Assembly (NCBI GenBank): GCA_043228905.1
Contig: JBHGNT010000016.1
Span: 12,276,001-12,340,000 of the forward strand
Reading direction: 5' to 3'
Origin: Azolla caroliniana
Taxonomy: Eukaryota > Plantae > Polypodiophyta
DNA: 64,000 nucleotides
Part shown: positions 49,408 to 62,599 of the stretch, in pieces
Layout: the number at the start of each line of letters is the position of its first letter
Numbering within the stretch: position 1 is the stretch's first letter
The notes under the pieces: model-generated
Databases searched by the model: none
What the model saw: only the letters and a program-made list of their open reading frames with translations
What the model was told of the DNA's origin: nothing
Program-made: the position numbers and the translations under genes

Positions 49408-52400
49408 CGTGGCGCCGCGTGTTCTTGAACTAGGAGTTTGTGCACGCCTTTAGTCGTTTTAATAGTCGCTATCTTCTCCTTTTTTTCTTTTTTTCTTTTC
49501 GTAACGGTTATTTACCTATTTTTACATTATGATACAAGTGGGGCCGTCCATTTTACATTGCGGGTTCTTAGGCTCTGTCCCGTTCGGCGATGAATGGGTT
49601 TGGTGGCGTAGGGCCCAGGTAAGGTTTGAGCCGAAATCCATTCACCTTTTGCCGTACTACTTCTTCGGCTAGCATACCTAGTTGGAACTTGCCTTGTTCC
49701 GCTCCAATTATCCAGTATGGGCCGGTCCAGCGGAATCGTAACGTCCCCAGCATATGGCCCATGCGCGTTTGGAAAACTAGCACCGCTCGACCCACGGCGA
49801 ACTCCTTTTCCCTTGCGTTCTGATGTCCATCCACAAACGCTTTACGCCGTCATTGTTCCTGCTCCAGCACTGCCATGTTGTGGACGCGTTTTTCCCCTAG
49901 TTCGAGGAGTTGGTAGAGCCGTATCTCCTCCAACTTGGCTTCTGATAGTCGGTTCTGTACCTGAATTCGCAAACTCGGTATTTGAAATTCGACCGGCATC
50001 ACAGCCTCTAGCCCAAACGCTAGTCGAAACAGTGTTGATTGTATGCTTCTTTTGTAGCTGGTTCTGTACACCCATAACACACTCTGTAGTTTGGTATCCC
50101 AATCCGTTCTATTTTCATTGACGATTTTCTTCAAAATGGTCTGTAACGTCTTGTTGGTGGATTTTGCTAGTCCATTCGCCTGCGGATAATATGGCGTGCT
50201 CTTCTTATGGACTACGGCGTAATGATGTGTTAGTTCCCGAACCACCGTATTGAGAAAGTGACTCCCCTGGTCACTGATGAGCTCAATCGGGCAGCCGAAC
50301 CGGCACCAGATGTGCTCGTAAAGGAATCTGGCTGTGACGGCCGCCGTATTTTCATGTAGGGCCTTTGCTTCTACCCATTTGGTGCAGTAATCCTTGGCTA
50401 CCAATATGTATTTATTGCCCGTACAGGTTGCCGCTGGTGTGAAGGGCCCCACAAAATCCAATCCCCACTGTTGGAAGGGGTCTAGCGGTAATACGAGCTG
50501 GTGTGGCATCCTTGCGCCCTCCGCGGGCTGTCCATCCGTTGACACAAATCACACTTTCGACAATACTTGGATGCGTCCTTCTGCGTTGTTGAACACCATA
50601 GGCCCGCCTGCCATACTTTCCGGGTTGTAACGTCGCCCGCGTAATGGCCGCTTGCCGTGCCGCAGTGTGCCTCCCGTAAAACTGTTTCCTTCTCATCATG
50701 ACGTACCCCACGTCGCCAAATACCGTCACTTCCTTTGTGATATAAAACGCCTTCGACGAGGCAGAAGTGACGGCTTCAGATGGCTAGTCGTTTCTTCTCG
50801 CCCGTGCGTAATTGTGGTGGAGGCAGTTCCGTAGTTAAAAAGTACGTCATTTCCATAAGCCACTGGTCCGAAAAGGTCGATTCCGCTCTTTCTGCTAGTG
50901 TCGCTACCCGCAGGATGTCGGCGTCTAGAAAATCGTCGTCATCTTTCTGTACGGTTTCTCCATTCTCGAGTCTGCTCAAAAAATCCGCCACTACGTGTTG
51001 CGTCCCTGGTCGGTGCCGGATTACGAAATTGAATTCTTGAAGCAGTAGCATCCATCGCGCCAATTTCCCCGTCAAGGCTTGTTTCTCTATCAAATACAAC
51101 AGCGCCGAATGATCCACATGGAACATGAACTTCCTCCCTAGTAAATAATGCCGGAATGTATTGATGTTATAGATCATCCCTAGCGCCTCCCGCTCCGTTG
51201 TGGAATAATTACGCTCTGCTGTTGATAATTTGTGACTATTGCAGTACACTGGCCGGTACCAGTTTGGCTTGGTGAGCTGCATTAGCCACTTCCTATTGCT
51301 ATGTCCGAGGCGTCGATGAACACGTGGAATGGCTTTGCCCAAACTGGTGGTTGTACGACGGGGGCCTGTGTGAGCATTATCTTAAGTGACTCATAGGCCT
51401 TGTCCTCCGTTGCAGTCCATTGGAAGGGAATCCGATATACGGCAGCATGTAACGGCGTGGTGAAGTCCGCCAATTATCGTATCATCCGACTATGCCATCG
51501 TATTTGTCCTAAAAACCGGCCGAGTGATTTCGCGTTTGTCAGAGTTTTGGCTTGTGTAATCGCTATTCCCTCCTTGCTGACTATATGGCCCAGGAGAGTC
51601 CCATTGGTCACGCCAAAAGCACATTTCGCGGGATTCAGGCTTAAGTGTGCGGCGCAACAACGTTCCAGGCACAATTGCAGGTGCGTAAAATGGTCTATGG
51701 TTCTCCCATATACCGCAAAGTCGTCTAAAAAAACTTGCATGAATGCCGGAATGTATTCCCCAAAGATCTCTGTAATTATCCATTGAAATGTTGCCAGCGC
51801 CGTCTTTAGCCCGAACATCATGACAACTGCCACATACACTCCCCAGTCCGTAACAAACGTCGTCTTCTCCTGGTCCTCGGGATGCATGTGTACCTGATTA
51901 TAGCCACTGAAGCCATCTAAAAAAATGTACATCTCATGGCCTGCAACGGCGTCCAGTACGCTATCGGTGATGGGTAAGGGAAATGCGTCCGTGATGGTTA
52001 CGGCGTTTAATTTTCGGTAATCTACGCATACCCGTATTTTGCCGTTTTTCTTTGGGACGACCACTATCGGGCTTAACCATGTCGCTTGTTTAACTGGTCG
52101 TATGAACCCCGCCTTCAAGAGCTTGTCGATTTCTTCTTTCATGCGGGTCGCGTAATTTGGGTTCATGCGGTAGCGGCGCTGCTGGACGGGTTTCGCGTCG
52201 GTTGCTAAATTGATCTTATGCTGATAGAACTTGGGATCTAACCCCTTCATGTCCCCGTGAGCCCAAGCGAACACATCCCTATATTCCATGAGTAGTGCGA
52301 TCATCGTGCTTCTCTTGTCCAGCCTTAATTCCTTTGCGATGGAGAGGACCCGGGGCTCCGATTCCGTACCCACATTTACTTCTTCGAGAGCGGAAGCGGT

Positions 52401-52563
52401 GACTCATCATGAAATCTCCATTTCACTTTCGAATTCCGCCCGTGCTCTGCTGAGTTTCAATATGCACTGTAGGTTTGGTTCGTAAGGCTCGTCGTGAGAA
52501 ACAGTGACCGTGGCATATTCTGCCGCGGTTGCGATGACGTCTATTTCGAACAACGAAATAATC

Positions 52564-53348
52564 TGACGGGAACTCAACGCTCTATTTCGTTCCGCTCGGC
52601 CACTACCGAGATTCTTTTCATACACAGAAAACAGGAAACAAAAAAAAATAACACGCGACACAAAGGAGAGAAAAGGTACATAGAATGTTTACGTGGAAAA
52701 CCCAAAGAGGGAAAAACCACGGCAGCCCACAGGCTGCAAACTATCACTATGTTGGAATGTACAAAACAGTGAGTTCACGGAGGCAACGACCTCGTGCTCA
52801 CGATCTTCGCCACAGGCAGCGGTTACAACAGAGGCAGCGACCTCTTTCTCTCTCTCTCTCAACCTGTACACTGTTACGTGCTCACTCTTCTTCTTGCACC
52901 AACAAGGAGAAAATGACAGCAACACACTAAAAGTTTGCCCTAAGTCATATTTATACTAATATGACTTTTCAGCTATTTACAAATATAGCCTCGATGGGCT
53001 CTCAGAAACATATTTACGAATATGTCTCTTCCTCCGGTTCTCACCGGGTCTGCGTCATCCGGCTCTCCGTAGCCGGGTGCTCCTCTTCCGGTTCTCACCG
53101 GGCCTGTACCATCCGGTTCTCCGTAACCGGGTATTCCTCATCCGGTCTTCACCGGGTCTGTATCATCCAGCTCTCCGTAGTCGGGTGCTCCTCATTCGGT
53201 TTTCACCGGGCCTGCACCATCCGGCTCTCCGTAGCCAGGTACTCCTCATCCTGTCTTCACCGGGTCTGTATCATCCGACTCTCCATAGCCGGGTCCACCT
53301 CATACGGATTCTTCTCCCTTCCCATCCGGAGGGACCTGTCTCCCAACA
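52564..53348 (-). mobile_element. Solo LTR (family D-related) inserted between PR and RT of family B
   Basis: Perfect TSD TAATC (52559-52563, 53349-53353); TGACGG...CCAACA; ~54-bp tandem repeat at ~53033-53310. Confidence 0.92.
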
Positions 53349-55696
53349 TAATCCGAGGGTGTTCGTCGAGGTATGCCTCTAATTCTACATCCTCCACCCC
53401 AGCCAACATATTTATATCCTCCGCATATAACGGTGTTATACCCTTGGGTTTTGGTGTGCTTCCTTCTGTAGGTACACGAACCTTGGTGCGTCCATGCCGG
53501 AAACTAATACACTCGTGTTGCCAACTTTGCTTGATATTTGTTGTCCGAAGCCATGGTCTGCCCAGAAGCACTAGGTATGCCCCTGAGGACGACCGCCGAG
53601 ATGTCGAAGCGGTGTCCGCCCACGATAATGCCTATTTTGCGAATTAACCCCAATGGTCGTACTGAGCGGGTATCTGCCATTCGGAGCCAAAATGGGCAAG
53701 CGTCCCATTCGGAAATGCCTAATTGCTCGCAAGTTTTCGCGCTAATTACATTGACGCCTGAGCCGTCGTCGATTACGCATCCAGGAATTTCCTATCCGTG
53801 TAATATTAACGTAATAGCCGGGTTGTGCTGATCCACCACCGGCGGTCCATCGCTAATGTCTGTCAAGTTTGTGGTGACACTCACCCCCGGTATGCCTATC
53901 ACACGTTCTTCCATGGTCTGGCGAAAGCATGGGACTAGCTGTAGCAGTTTCTCCATGGTTAACGTTATGTCACAGCCTGCTAACACCTACCAAATGGGGT
54001 CTGGGACCGGTCTTTCGTCCTCTGCTCGCTCCATTGTGTTCGCAGACTCCTTCCGCATGCGTTCCGTATTTGTTGCATTTGCTTTTTCCACCCACGCTTG
54101 GGCTTGTCGGCATACCTCGTCTTGCGCAACCCAATCAGCCGTTTTTGTTTGCTAGCGTGTCGTGACTTGCTGCACTTCCGCTGTATTCGTATTGACAACG
54201 GGCCCCTTTCCTTTGCGTGCTAGGCATTGCGTGGCATAATATCCGGGTTTCTAACAAATAAAACAATGGATGCCTTATTCACCCTTCTCGGCTCCTGGTG
54301 GTGTGTGCCACTCCCCTAGTGCTACTTGCTCCTCGCAGTCGGGCCTTGTTTGTCGGAACGTACGCGGTGGTTGTTGTTGGTCCCCTCGTTGTTCTTGGTG
54401 CCGCTCATCTCCCGAGCTTTCGTCGTAACGCCGGTGATCTCGATATTGCCGTGGCTTACCACGATAACCGTTGAAGCCACCCCGTTTGTTTGTCGGCCGG
54501 TGATTCTCGTAGCGCCGACCTCCTTTGGCATAAGTCGGTTGTCCATGGTACTCCTCGTCCTCTGATTCGTCCTCCTCGGAATCGTTGTGATTTCGGCGAT
54601 TCCGGTGGTTCCAGTCATCCCGTGGGTTGCGATCCCTATACCAGGGTCGGTCTTCTTGCCTCCTTGGTTCAGTCCAGTGTGGTGGACGTTGCGTGTCCAT
54701 GCTGCGGACTGCGGGAGCGGCTCTGTTCAACATATTGTATTCGCATTGGTCGAATCTGTGAGCCTTCGAGTGGTAGATGGGGCAGTGGATTCGCATATTG
54801 CACTCCACTGCGGAAGGCCCCGAGTTCAACCAAATCGTGCACTGGATGGCTTGACGAAACTGGCGTTCCTCGTCCTGAGGTAACGCTTGTCGTAAGGAGG
54901 ACATAGCAAACCTTTCCTCCTCCTCATCCAACTCAAGCTATAATGCTCGTTCTATTACCATATCCATCGTTTCCCCTTTCACGCTATTGTTGTTGAGCGT
55001 TGCCTAGATGGGCCGGTGTAAAGCTGCCAGAAATGTTTCTCGAGCCTCGTCCTCCACGGGGCTTCGTTCCAGTTTCCGTCGTAAATTTTGGAAACATAAG
55101 CTGAAGTTTGCTATTGTCTCGGTCGGCAGTTGCTTAATTGTGTAAAACTACCCGAGGATTTCGTGTTGGGGAACCCTCCGATGGAAGAACCGTAAGAAAG
55201 CGGACTGCAGCTGATCGAAGGTTGTTATTGCTGGTAAGTCCATATATGAGTGCCAAAACGCCGCACGCCCATCTAATGTTAACCTGAACTCCGTCATTTT
55301 CGACTGGTGTGCTACCGCCTCCGAAAGGCTCTGCACCATGTCGTTCGCATTCCAAACATTTAGGAACATGCGAATATGAGTTGCGGGGTCGGTTTCGCCG
55401 TTAAAGCGGGGATAGGCAAAGGCCATGGTGGAAGCTACGGCGGGTCGGGAAAGGTCACAAGGTGGCTGTGGTGAGTGTGGTCTCCGCTTGTCGTCGAGGT
55501 GTTTGGGGAGCGACAAATCACCTTTATAATCACGGAAGGAAGTACTGAGGTCGCTTAGGCGTGGCTTTTGCCGTGCGCGTTCTTCCGCTTGGCGTGTGAC
55601 AGACGTTGTTATTGGCCGGTCTTGTCGTGTTGGTTCTCTAGGGCGTCTGCGGCTAAATATCCATTTGTCGTTGTTCGTCTGTGAGAAGATACAGAT

Positions 55697-55710
55697 CACC
55701 AAGCATGCCA
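55697..55710 (-). promoter_or_regulatory. Primer binding site, tRNA-Arg-like (decayed)
   Basis: TGGCATGCTTGGTG 4 nt after the 5' LTR; differs from TGGCACGCCCGGTG only by C-to-T changes. Confidence 0.7.
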
Positions 55711-56174
55711 AAAGTGTTACCGATTAGGAACACGGTCCGCGGTCAGTCCTTCGACCTGGACCTCCAAGTGGGTGTGGAACAACGAATAGGCGTCTAAGCG
55801 TAATGCGTAAGGGAAGGTTCCCTGTAACCTATCAGCGTATACGGGGAACGGCTACAATTGAATCCCTACCAAGGGTTACACTTACGCACTTGAACGCTTA
55901 AGTATTCAAGAGACATACAGTAGATTAGTCGTAGCTATACACAAGAAATCAGAGAAGATAGGATTCTATTATCAGACGTTTCTTTACATTCCCAAAATTA
56001 CACGCACCCTCTATCAAAGGTTTTCTGCCCGTTATATACGCAGGGTCTATTTAGCCGTTCACGCTTCCTGCGTGAACCGTTACATGTGTTATGCTCTTAT
56101 ATTATTTCTTATTCCTACGCTTTTGTCCGTCGGTTACTATTACGGCGGACAACACCCCTCACGCTCTGATACCA

Positions 56175-56259
56175 TGTAAAAGAATAGCATGCGGAAACAA
56201 TAGAAAACCGAACACAAAAACGCAGGTTTAATGGAGAACTTAGAATATACACAGTACGC

Positions 56260-56293
<34 letters not shown>

Positions 56294-56615
56294 ACACAGA
56301 AACTCAATTCAAAAATAATACTCAATCTGTAATACTCTATACATCGTATGTGTTCAGTGAACACGCTTATACAAGTCCATACGAACTGACAGAAGGTGTA
56401 CTTCAATGCTCACACGAGCGTCTGACACTAACTACAAGACATTAACTACTTAGTAGTCCAGGCTGCTATAAGGCTTCCGGTTACTGATGGATCCGGCTCC
56501 CCAGATCACCGGCTCACTTGCTTACCAACTCACCGATCTGGCTCATCCTTCGGGATGCCGATCCGGCTTAGGCTTATTCAGCCGATCTGGATCCGGTTGA
56601 GCTTGCTGCTCAACA
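56175..56615 (-). repeat. Copia family C 5' LTR, with PBS at 56163-56174
   Basis: Minus strand TGTTGAG...TTTTACA followed by TGGTATCAGAGC; near copy of 45816-46151. Confidence 0.9.
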
Positions 56616-56886
56616 GTTGTGCATGTTAGAAGCATTGATACACCTATAAAAACCCTCATAAGGCTTGTGTAAAGGAGGGGCTCAATATGTGATATCATTA
56701 TCATCACCATCAATATAATCTTCTTCTTGAGTCTAAAAAACTTGGTTTTTTTCAAATGTGACATTGGTTTCCTCGACTGTAACATCCACATCGTCGTCTT
56801 TTCGACAAATTCGTGAATGTCCTCCCTAGTCCGTGGCCTCGGTGGTCCCGCTCAAGTAGCACACGCACACGAGCATCTTCGCGATA
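56616..56886 (+). repeat. Partial family E-type LTR
   Basis: Last ~100 bp match the end of LTR 33480-33859; TATA CCTATAAAAA near 56644. Confidence 0.7.
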
Positions 56887-57283
56887 GCGTTTTCCTATCA
56901 ATGTGATGGGCTAACCACATCTCACAATGACTAGTCGACGACGATGTGAATGCATCGAATACTGCCGAGTTCGATTTGTCTCTAGATAGACAAGCAACAA
57001 ACCGGTATTCACAGCATGATCTGGTAGAGTTCCAGGACTTCTAGCATTGCAAAGAGAATATGAAAATTAAAATACATAGGATATATGGAAGATTACGAGG
57101 CAGTAAAGGATCGAGGTTCCAATATGGATCTTGAGAATATTATAATAGAGGGTAGGAGGAGCTTCTTCTTAATCTAGTGAGCTACATAGATAGATTATAT
57201 TATCATCTTCGGAGGTCAAATATGACCTATGAGACCAAAAATATTACATTTCACGTGATACGTGTGAAGGTGAGTAGCGACTC

Positions 57284-59850
57284 TCAATGTTCAAGAACTT
57301 TACCAATGAATGTTGCAATCGACAGTGCACATCGTGGTTTTGATAGAAATTCGTGCAAGGATTGGGCTCGATCAAAGAGATGTGGAAAGCATGGTCGAGT
57401 ATGACCAAAGGCAGAGCATTGTATCAAAGTGTGATACTTAGACTCTCGAACTTGTTTAGGGCAAAGTGTGCATAGTCGGCCACTCTCATCACTTGTGCCC
57501 CAACGCCCTGTCTCATATCTCAATGCATGCGAGATAAGTCGCATGGAAGCAATGGTTTGAATGGCAGATATCGGGATGGGCTCTAACATGTATCGATGTG
57601 TACGGCTTCCCCGTCCCGCAAAGAATATGGTTTGGTAGTTAGGTGCAACATTTGTAGTATAATGTGTGAAGCGTGAGGCACCACATTTGTCCCATGTCAT
57701 GATACATTGGCGTTGCAAAAATGCCTCATTTATAGAGGAATCTAGTGACGCATCATGAAGCAAGTGTCTTGCATCCCATCAACCAAACCATTTTTCTAAA
57801 TCTTGCATCCTACTGGAACACAAAATTTTGCTTTTATGCATCTTTTGGATCTTTTTGCTTGCTTCCCATGCAATTCTAGGAAGTCGATGTGAAGGGCTTT
57901 TTTGAACCTTAAGCATGTATTCAACAACCCTTTCCATGGCCATGATCTAAATGCGAAGCAATCCCATCTCAAGGAGGAGGGTGTAGGGCATTTGTTTCTT
58001 AACTTGTAGAAACTTTATAAGAAAATGTTTTTGAACATTTTCAAACTCTTTCCACGTAGATTTAGGGATGCTATTGCCCCATACTTCCACCCCATAGAGA
58101 AGAACCGGGATCACCAAAATGTCAAAAAGATATTTCTTGAGGACCCAACACTTAATATCTCTAAGATTGCATGTGTTCTCAAATGCATAATATGCTCTCT
58201 TACCCGCCTCTAAGCGGCGTGTAGCACATTCATTCCATTTATGATATGAAGGAACTTCAAGGCCAACATATTTGAAGCTTTCCACACATTCAAGTGGCTC
58301 AATGTTGTACATAATGCATGGTTTATCTCTTTTTCTACTCTTCACAAGCATAATCTTTGTTTTAGAGCTATTGACACTTAATCTAGTATGCATGCAAAAA
58401 ATTTCCAATGCCTTCATAAGCTTTTGTGCATCTCCTGAAGTATTTGCAAAAAGCACTACATCATCCGCATATAACAAAAGCATAATCACAACATTCCCAA
58501 TGGCAACTTCTTCAACACATTCTTCCTTTACAAACTTGGTAACCATTTCTTCTAATTCATCAATGCATAGACCAAATAATGTTGGTGAGAGTGGGCATCC
58601 TTGCTTAACACCAATAGTGCTATTGAAAAAATTTGAAAGTCTATCTCTCATACGCACACAACATATAACCTTCTCATATATTCGGGAAATTGCAAGTATA
58701 TATTCACTTGGCACCTCAAGTTCTTCCATCCGCCTCCAAAGATGTTCACGAGGTACCATATGAAAAGCTTTCTTGAAGTCTACAAAGAAACAATATAAAT
58801 CTTTACCTCTAAGGCGACTTTCCTCCATTAATACTCGAAGAGTGACAAGATGATCAATGGTGCTATGGTGTTTTCGAAAACCAACTTGTCCATAATCTCT
58901 CTTACCATTTTTTTTCTCCCCATACACTTATCTTTGATTCCATTATACATCCAAATAGTTTTGCCATTAATGAGCCAACCATGATGATTTGATAGTTGTT
59001 TACATTATTTACATCTCCGCCTTTATGTAAAGGTTTGATCCAATTTTTAGTCCAATCATATGGCATACCATGTTGCAATGCATCATTAAACATATCTCAT
59101 ATCCATATATGTGCTTCATTTCCCATCCATTTGAGCATTTCAGCTTTTATACATTGAAGATCGCTTGCCTTTCGAGAGGCCAATTTCTTAAGTCCTATGC
59201 ATAAATCTTCAATTGTAAAGAAGGGAGGCATATGTGAAAGAGAACCATAACACATCATCTTTCCGGCAAGAGATAACTCATATAAATTCTTACAATGCAT
59301 AGACAAGTCATGAAAAGTTAAGTCACCATAACTCTCAACACGTTTTCCCTTTAGATTTCCCCAAAATTTAGCACATGCATGTGCTTTCTCTTGCGTTTGG
59401 ATAAATTGTTGAGTAACTTCCCATATTCTTCTCTTTCTTTGAATAAACCTTTTATACTCATGCAAATGCTTTTGGTAATTCTCTTTATCCTTAACTACAT
59501 CCAAAACCATAAGGCACTTTCAAGCTTCACGACATTCTTTATCAAACCATTTTTTCCTAAGTTTCTTGGGGCATTTCCAAGATATGCGGTTGGTCGAAAA
59601 ACATTTGTTTGTACAGGAGAGAATGACCTTCTTGAAAGCTTCCCATTTGCATTCTAGTGTGACACCTCAAAGGAAGCTCCAAATTTATCAAGATAGAGAA
59701 AATGTGATGACATTGTGTGTGAGGCATCCCTAAAGAGAGAACCAAGGGTGTGTGCGAAACAAAGAGCATGGTTAGAGATCCCAACAATATAATGTCGAGA
59801 GTTTAAAGTGAGTTGGTTATGCCAGCAGTTTGGAGATAATAAAGCCATTG
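57284..59850 (-). mobile_element. 5'-truncated decayed LINE ORF2 (RT plus C-terminal zinc finger), RTEX-like
   Basis: QVGFR, FVDFKKAF, GVKQGCPLSP, LLYADD, FKYVG; C-terminal SHALRYETGRW...CTLC...ESKYHTLIQC. Confidence 0.9.
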
Positions 59851-61437
59851 CTTTGACACATTGATGTGGAAATTTTAGTCAATCAGTAATATTTGGTGAC
59901 CAAACAACATATCTGGGGGTATTAACTTGAGCTCTCTATCCCCTGAGTTGATAGAAGGCTAACAACATAGCACCAAAAACATAAAGAGGTTACTTCTGGA
60001 AGGGGGGACAGAAGAAGGAAGAAGATAAGACAATAGAAAAGTCATCACTCTTGTCTCTTTCAACATATATTCATAAACTCATTTGACAATTACAACATTG
60101 TCGAAATCTGTATACATATAATGTAGGATGGATCTTATACAAGACAACAACAATGTTTGCATACACAAAACATCATTTACAACAATTGTAAATATCATAC
60201 ATACTCTTAGATCACATTTAGAAACTCATCATTTGTGATTTGAATGTCATTCCAAATCTTATATAAAATTCTCAACGAGGGCAATGACAGAATTGCCAAT
60301 TACATAATACAAGGGGTTATCAAGGCTTTTTTTGACAGTCGTGAGATGAATTTTTAGAATTTTTCTTAAAAGGTGCACTTTAAGATACATAAGTGTATGG
60401 TTGGCATACTTCTGTATTTGATTGTTTTAAAAGAGCAAGCATACTTATCGCAACCATGACTGCAACTCCAACTACAAGAGGTGTATACCGTTGATCACCA
60501 GTTTTGTTGTCTTTGTATATTTACTCCCAATCCTCCATGTTAGAACTTGGTATCCCTTTGGGATTCGCGTGGAAAAAATTTCCTTGCCACTCCTTGAGAG
60601 TAGTTTAAATGCAAGTTCAAAACCTGAACACAGTTGTGTTCTAAGATACTATTGAATGACTTTCTGAATAAAATAAACTTTGAATATTGCCAAAGCTTGA
60701 GCTACACCGAGAAATATATCTGAACACGGAATCCTCTTGATAGACAAACAAGTATATATTTTGCTTAGAACTAACCTAACATGATAAAAGCCTCGAAGCT
60801 TTAAAATAATCAGCCTCTTTAATTTTAAGATAATTTAGGAAACAAATTGTCATTTGTCTTGGCCAAAAGGGATGATAAATAACCGAATAAGCAATGACCA
60901 TAATACCTTGGCACCTGACGATCTTGGATAAGTTAGAGCATTGAATTTTGTTATAGAAATATCACTCTTTGGAGATGGCCATGTAAAAATAAGTCAATCA
61001 TATGAATGACATTCATCAATTATTAAAACTTTAGAAAAACTCAAACCTATGACTATCATCCTCATCTTCTAGAGGTTTCGATCAAATGGCCGAATCCCAA
61101 AACCTCCGCATCACTATGCTTGTCAGATCAGTATTGGCAACCTACATCATCTGAAATGCACATGAATTTCCTTAGTGAGAATACATCTAATGTATTCTTG
61201 AGAGTGCGCAAATGTAAAATGAAGATTAAAACATGAAAAATCTTCTATACCATAGCAACAATGACATGGGTTAACTATAAAACATCGAGACCAGCCATAA
61301 TGGAACCATCTGCCACATGAGAAACTCCAAAACACACAAGGAAGAAGATTTTAATGCTAAGGTATTGAAGATTTTAATGCAATTTTAGGGCCTTTAATTG
61401 AGAATGTTTACAAGTCTCTTTAATAATGCATACCAAA

Positions 61438-61935
61438 AATCTATAATGCATTCTTTCAATCTTCTACAAATAGAAGATCTTAAAATAAGCCATTATTGAC
61501 AGACGCAAAGTATATATGTATAGTTTACCTGTGTATCGATTGTCAAGTCTCGACTCTCGACTCTCGAGTTGAAGGCACAGGTCATCGAGAAGAAATCTAT
61601 AGTGAATTCTTTCAATCTTCTACAAACAGAAGATCTAAACATAAGCCATTGTTGCCATAAGGAAGGTATATATGTATGTATAGTTTACCTATGTGTAGAT
61701 TGTCACGCTTGGACTCTTGACTCTCAAGTCGATGGCACAAGCAAGCAAGAAGAGGGAAGTCAAGAAGAAATCTATAGTGAATCCTTTCAATCTTCTACAA
61801 ACAGGACATCTGGAAATAAGCTATTATTGACAGAAGCAAGGTATATATGCATAGTTTACCTATGTATTAATTGTCAAGTCTTGACTTTCGACTCTCAAGT
61901 GGAAGGCACATGCAATAGAGAAGAGAGAAATCGAG
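61438..61935. repeat. Three diverged tandem copies of a ~155-176 bp unit
   Basis: Recurring TTTCAATCTTCTACAAA...ATAGTTTACCT...GACTCTC, units starting near 61438, 61593 and 61769. Confidence 0.8.
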
Positions 61936-62223
61936 AAGAGGTAGCACAGACACACAGGAAAAGAGAGAACAAAGAGGGAAAAACTGGGGGAAACAGAGGA
62001 AAAGCACAGTGAAGAGGGGGAAAGAGAAAAATTCGTTTTTTTTAAACATTTTTATTTTTTAAATGCATAAATAGCCGGTTACAAAAATATGAACCGCCTG
62101 GATTACAAGTTTTGGGAAATTCTAGCCGGAATCTGTTCCGGCTCTCTCCCACCTTAGTTGGCAAAAATCCCAACTGAACCGGAACATTGACATTGTTCCT
62201 GGGATTTTGCCCAACACTGCTTA

Positions 62224-62324
62224 GGAGTGGTCGGGTGGATTGGCACCCTTCTTTCTCTCTCTCCTCTCTATTTTCTAATAATATATTTCTTATCTCATGC
62301 TTACATTAGGATCTAGCTCTAAAA
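62224..62324 (+). repeat. Remnant of a chromovirus LTR 3' end related to 16208-16670
   Basis: GTGGTCGGGTGGATTGGCACCCTTCTTTCTCT...GCTTACATTAG. Confidence 0.75.
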
Positions 62325-62599
62325 CTAATCATGGACAGTGCATAGACCAGTAGTAGGGATGATGACCAGCCACATTATGCTGAAAGACCCCAGTTGGAGG
62401 AGGATACATATTGGGAGGATGACTATAGAAGAGATGATCAGGATAGATATAAAAATTATTACGCACCCAATTACCACAAGAGGTAGACAACGAACAATAG
62501 GGGTGGTTTCGCTGAGCCGAAAAGCTATGGAGATAATCGACGACCTCAAAACCAACAACAAATGGAGGACTCGATGGACAATCGCCGACTTCCAACACA

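Larger units (their letters stand above)
46152..56154 (-). mobile_element. Full-length decayed family B Gypsy, Phygy/Athila-like (gag, PR, RT, RNase H, integrase, extra ORF)
   Basis: 440-bp LTRs at 46152-46591 and 55715-56154; RT VCVDYRKLN...FLDD; NYSTTEREAL; GLDFVGPF; no chromodomain and no second RNase H seen; no short TSD. Confidence 0.93.

Noticed and set aside
52961-53647. 228-aa repetitive protein
   Set aside because: Open frame created by a tandem repeat in a solo LTR running into antisense pol.
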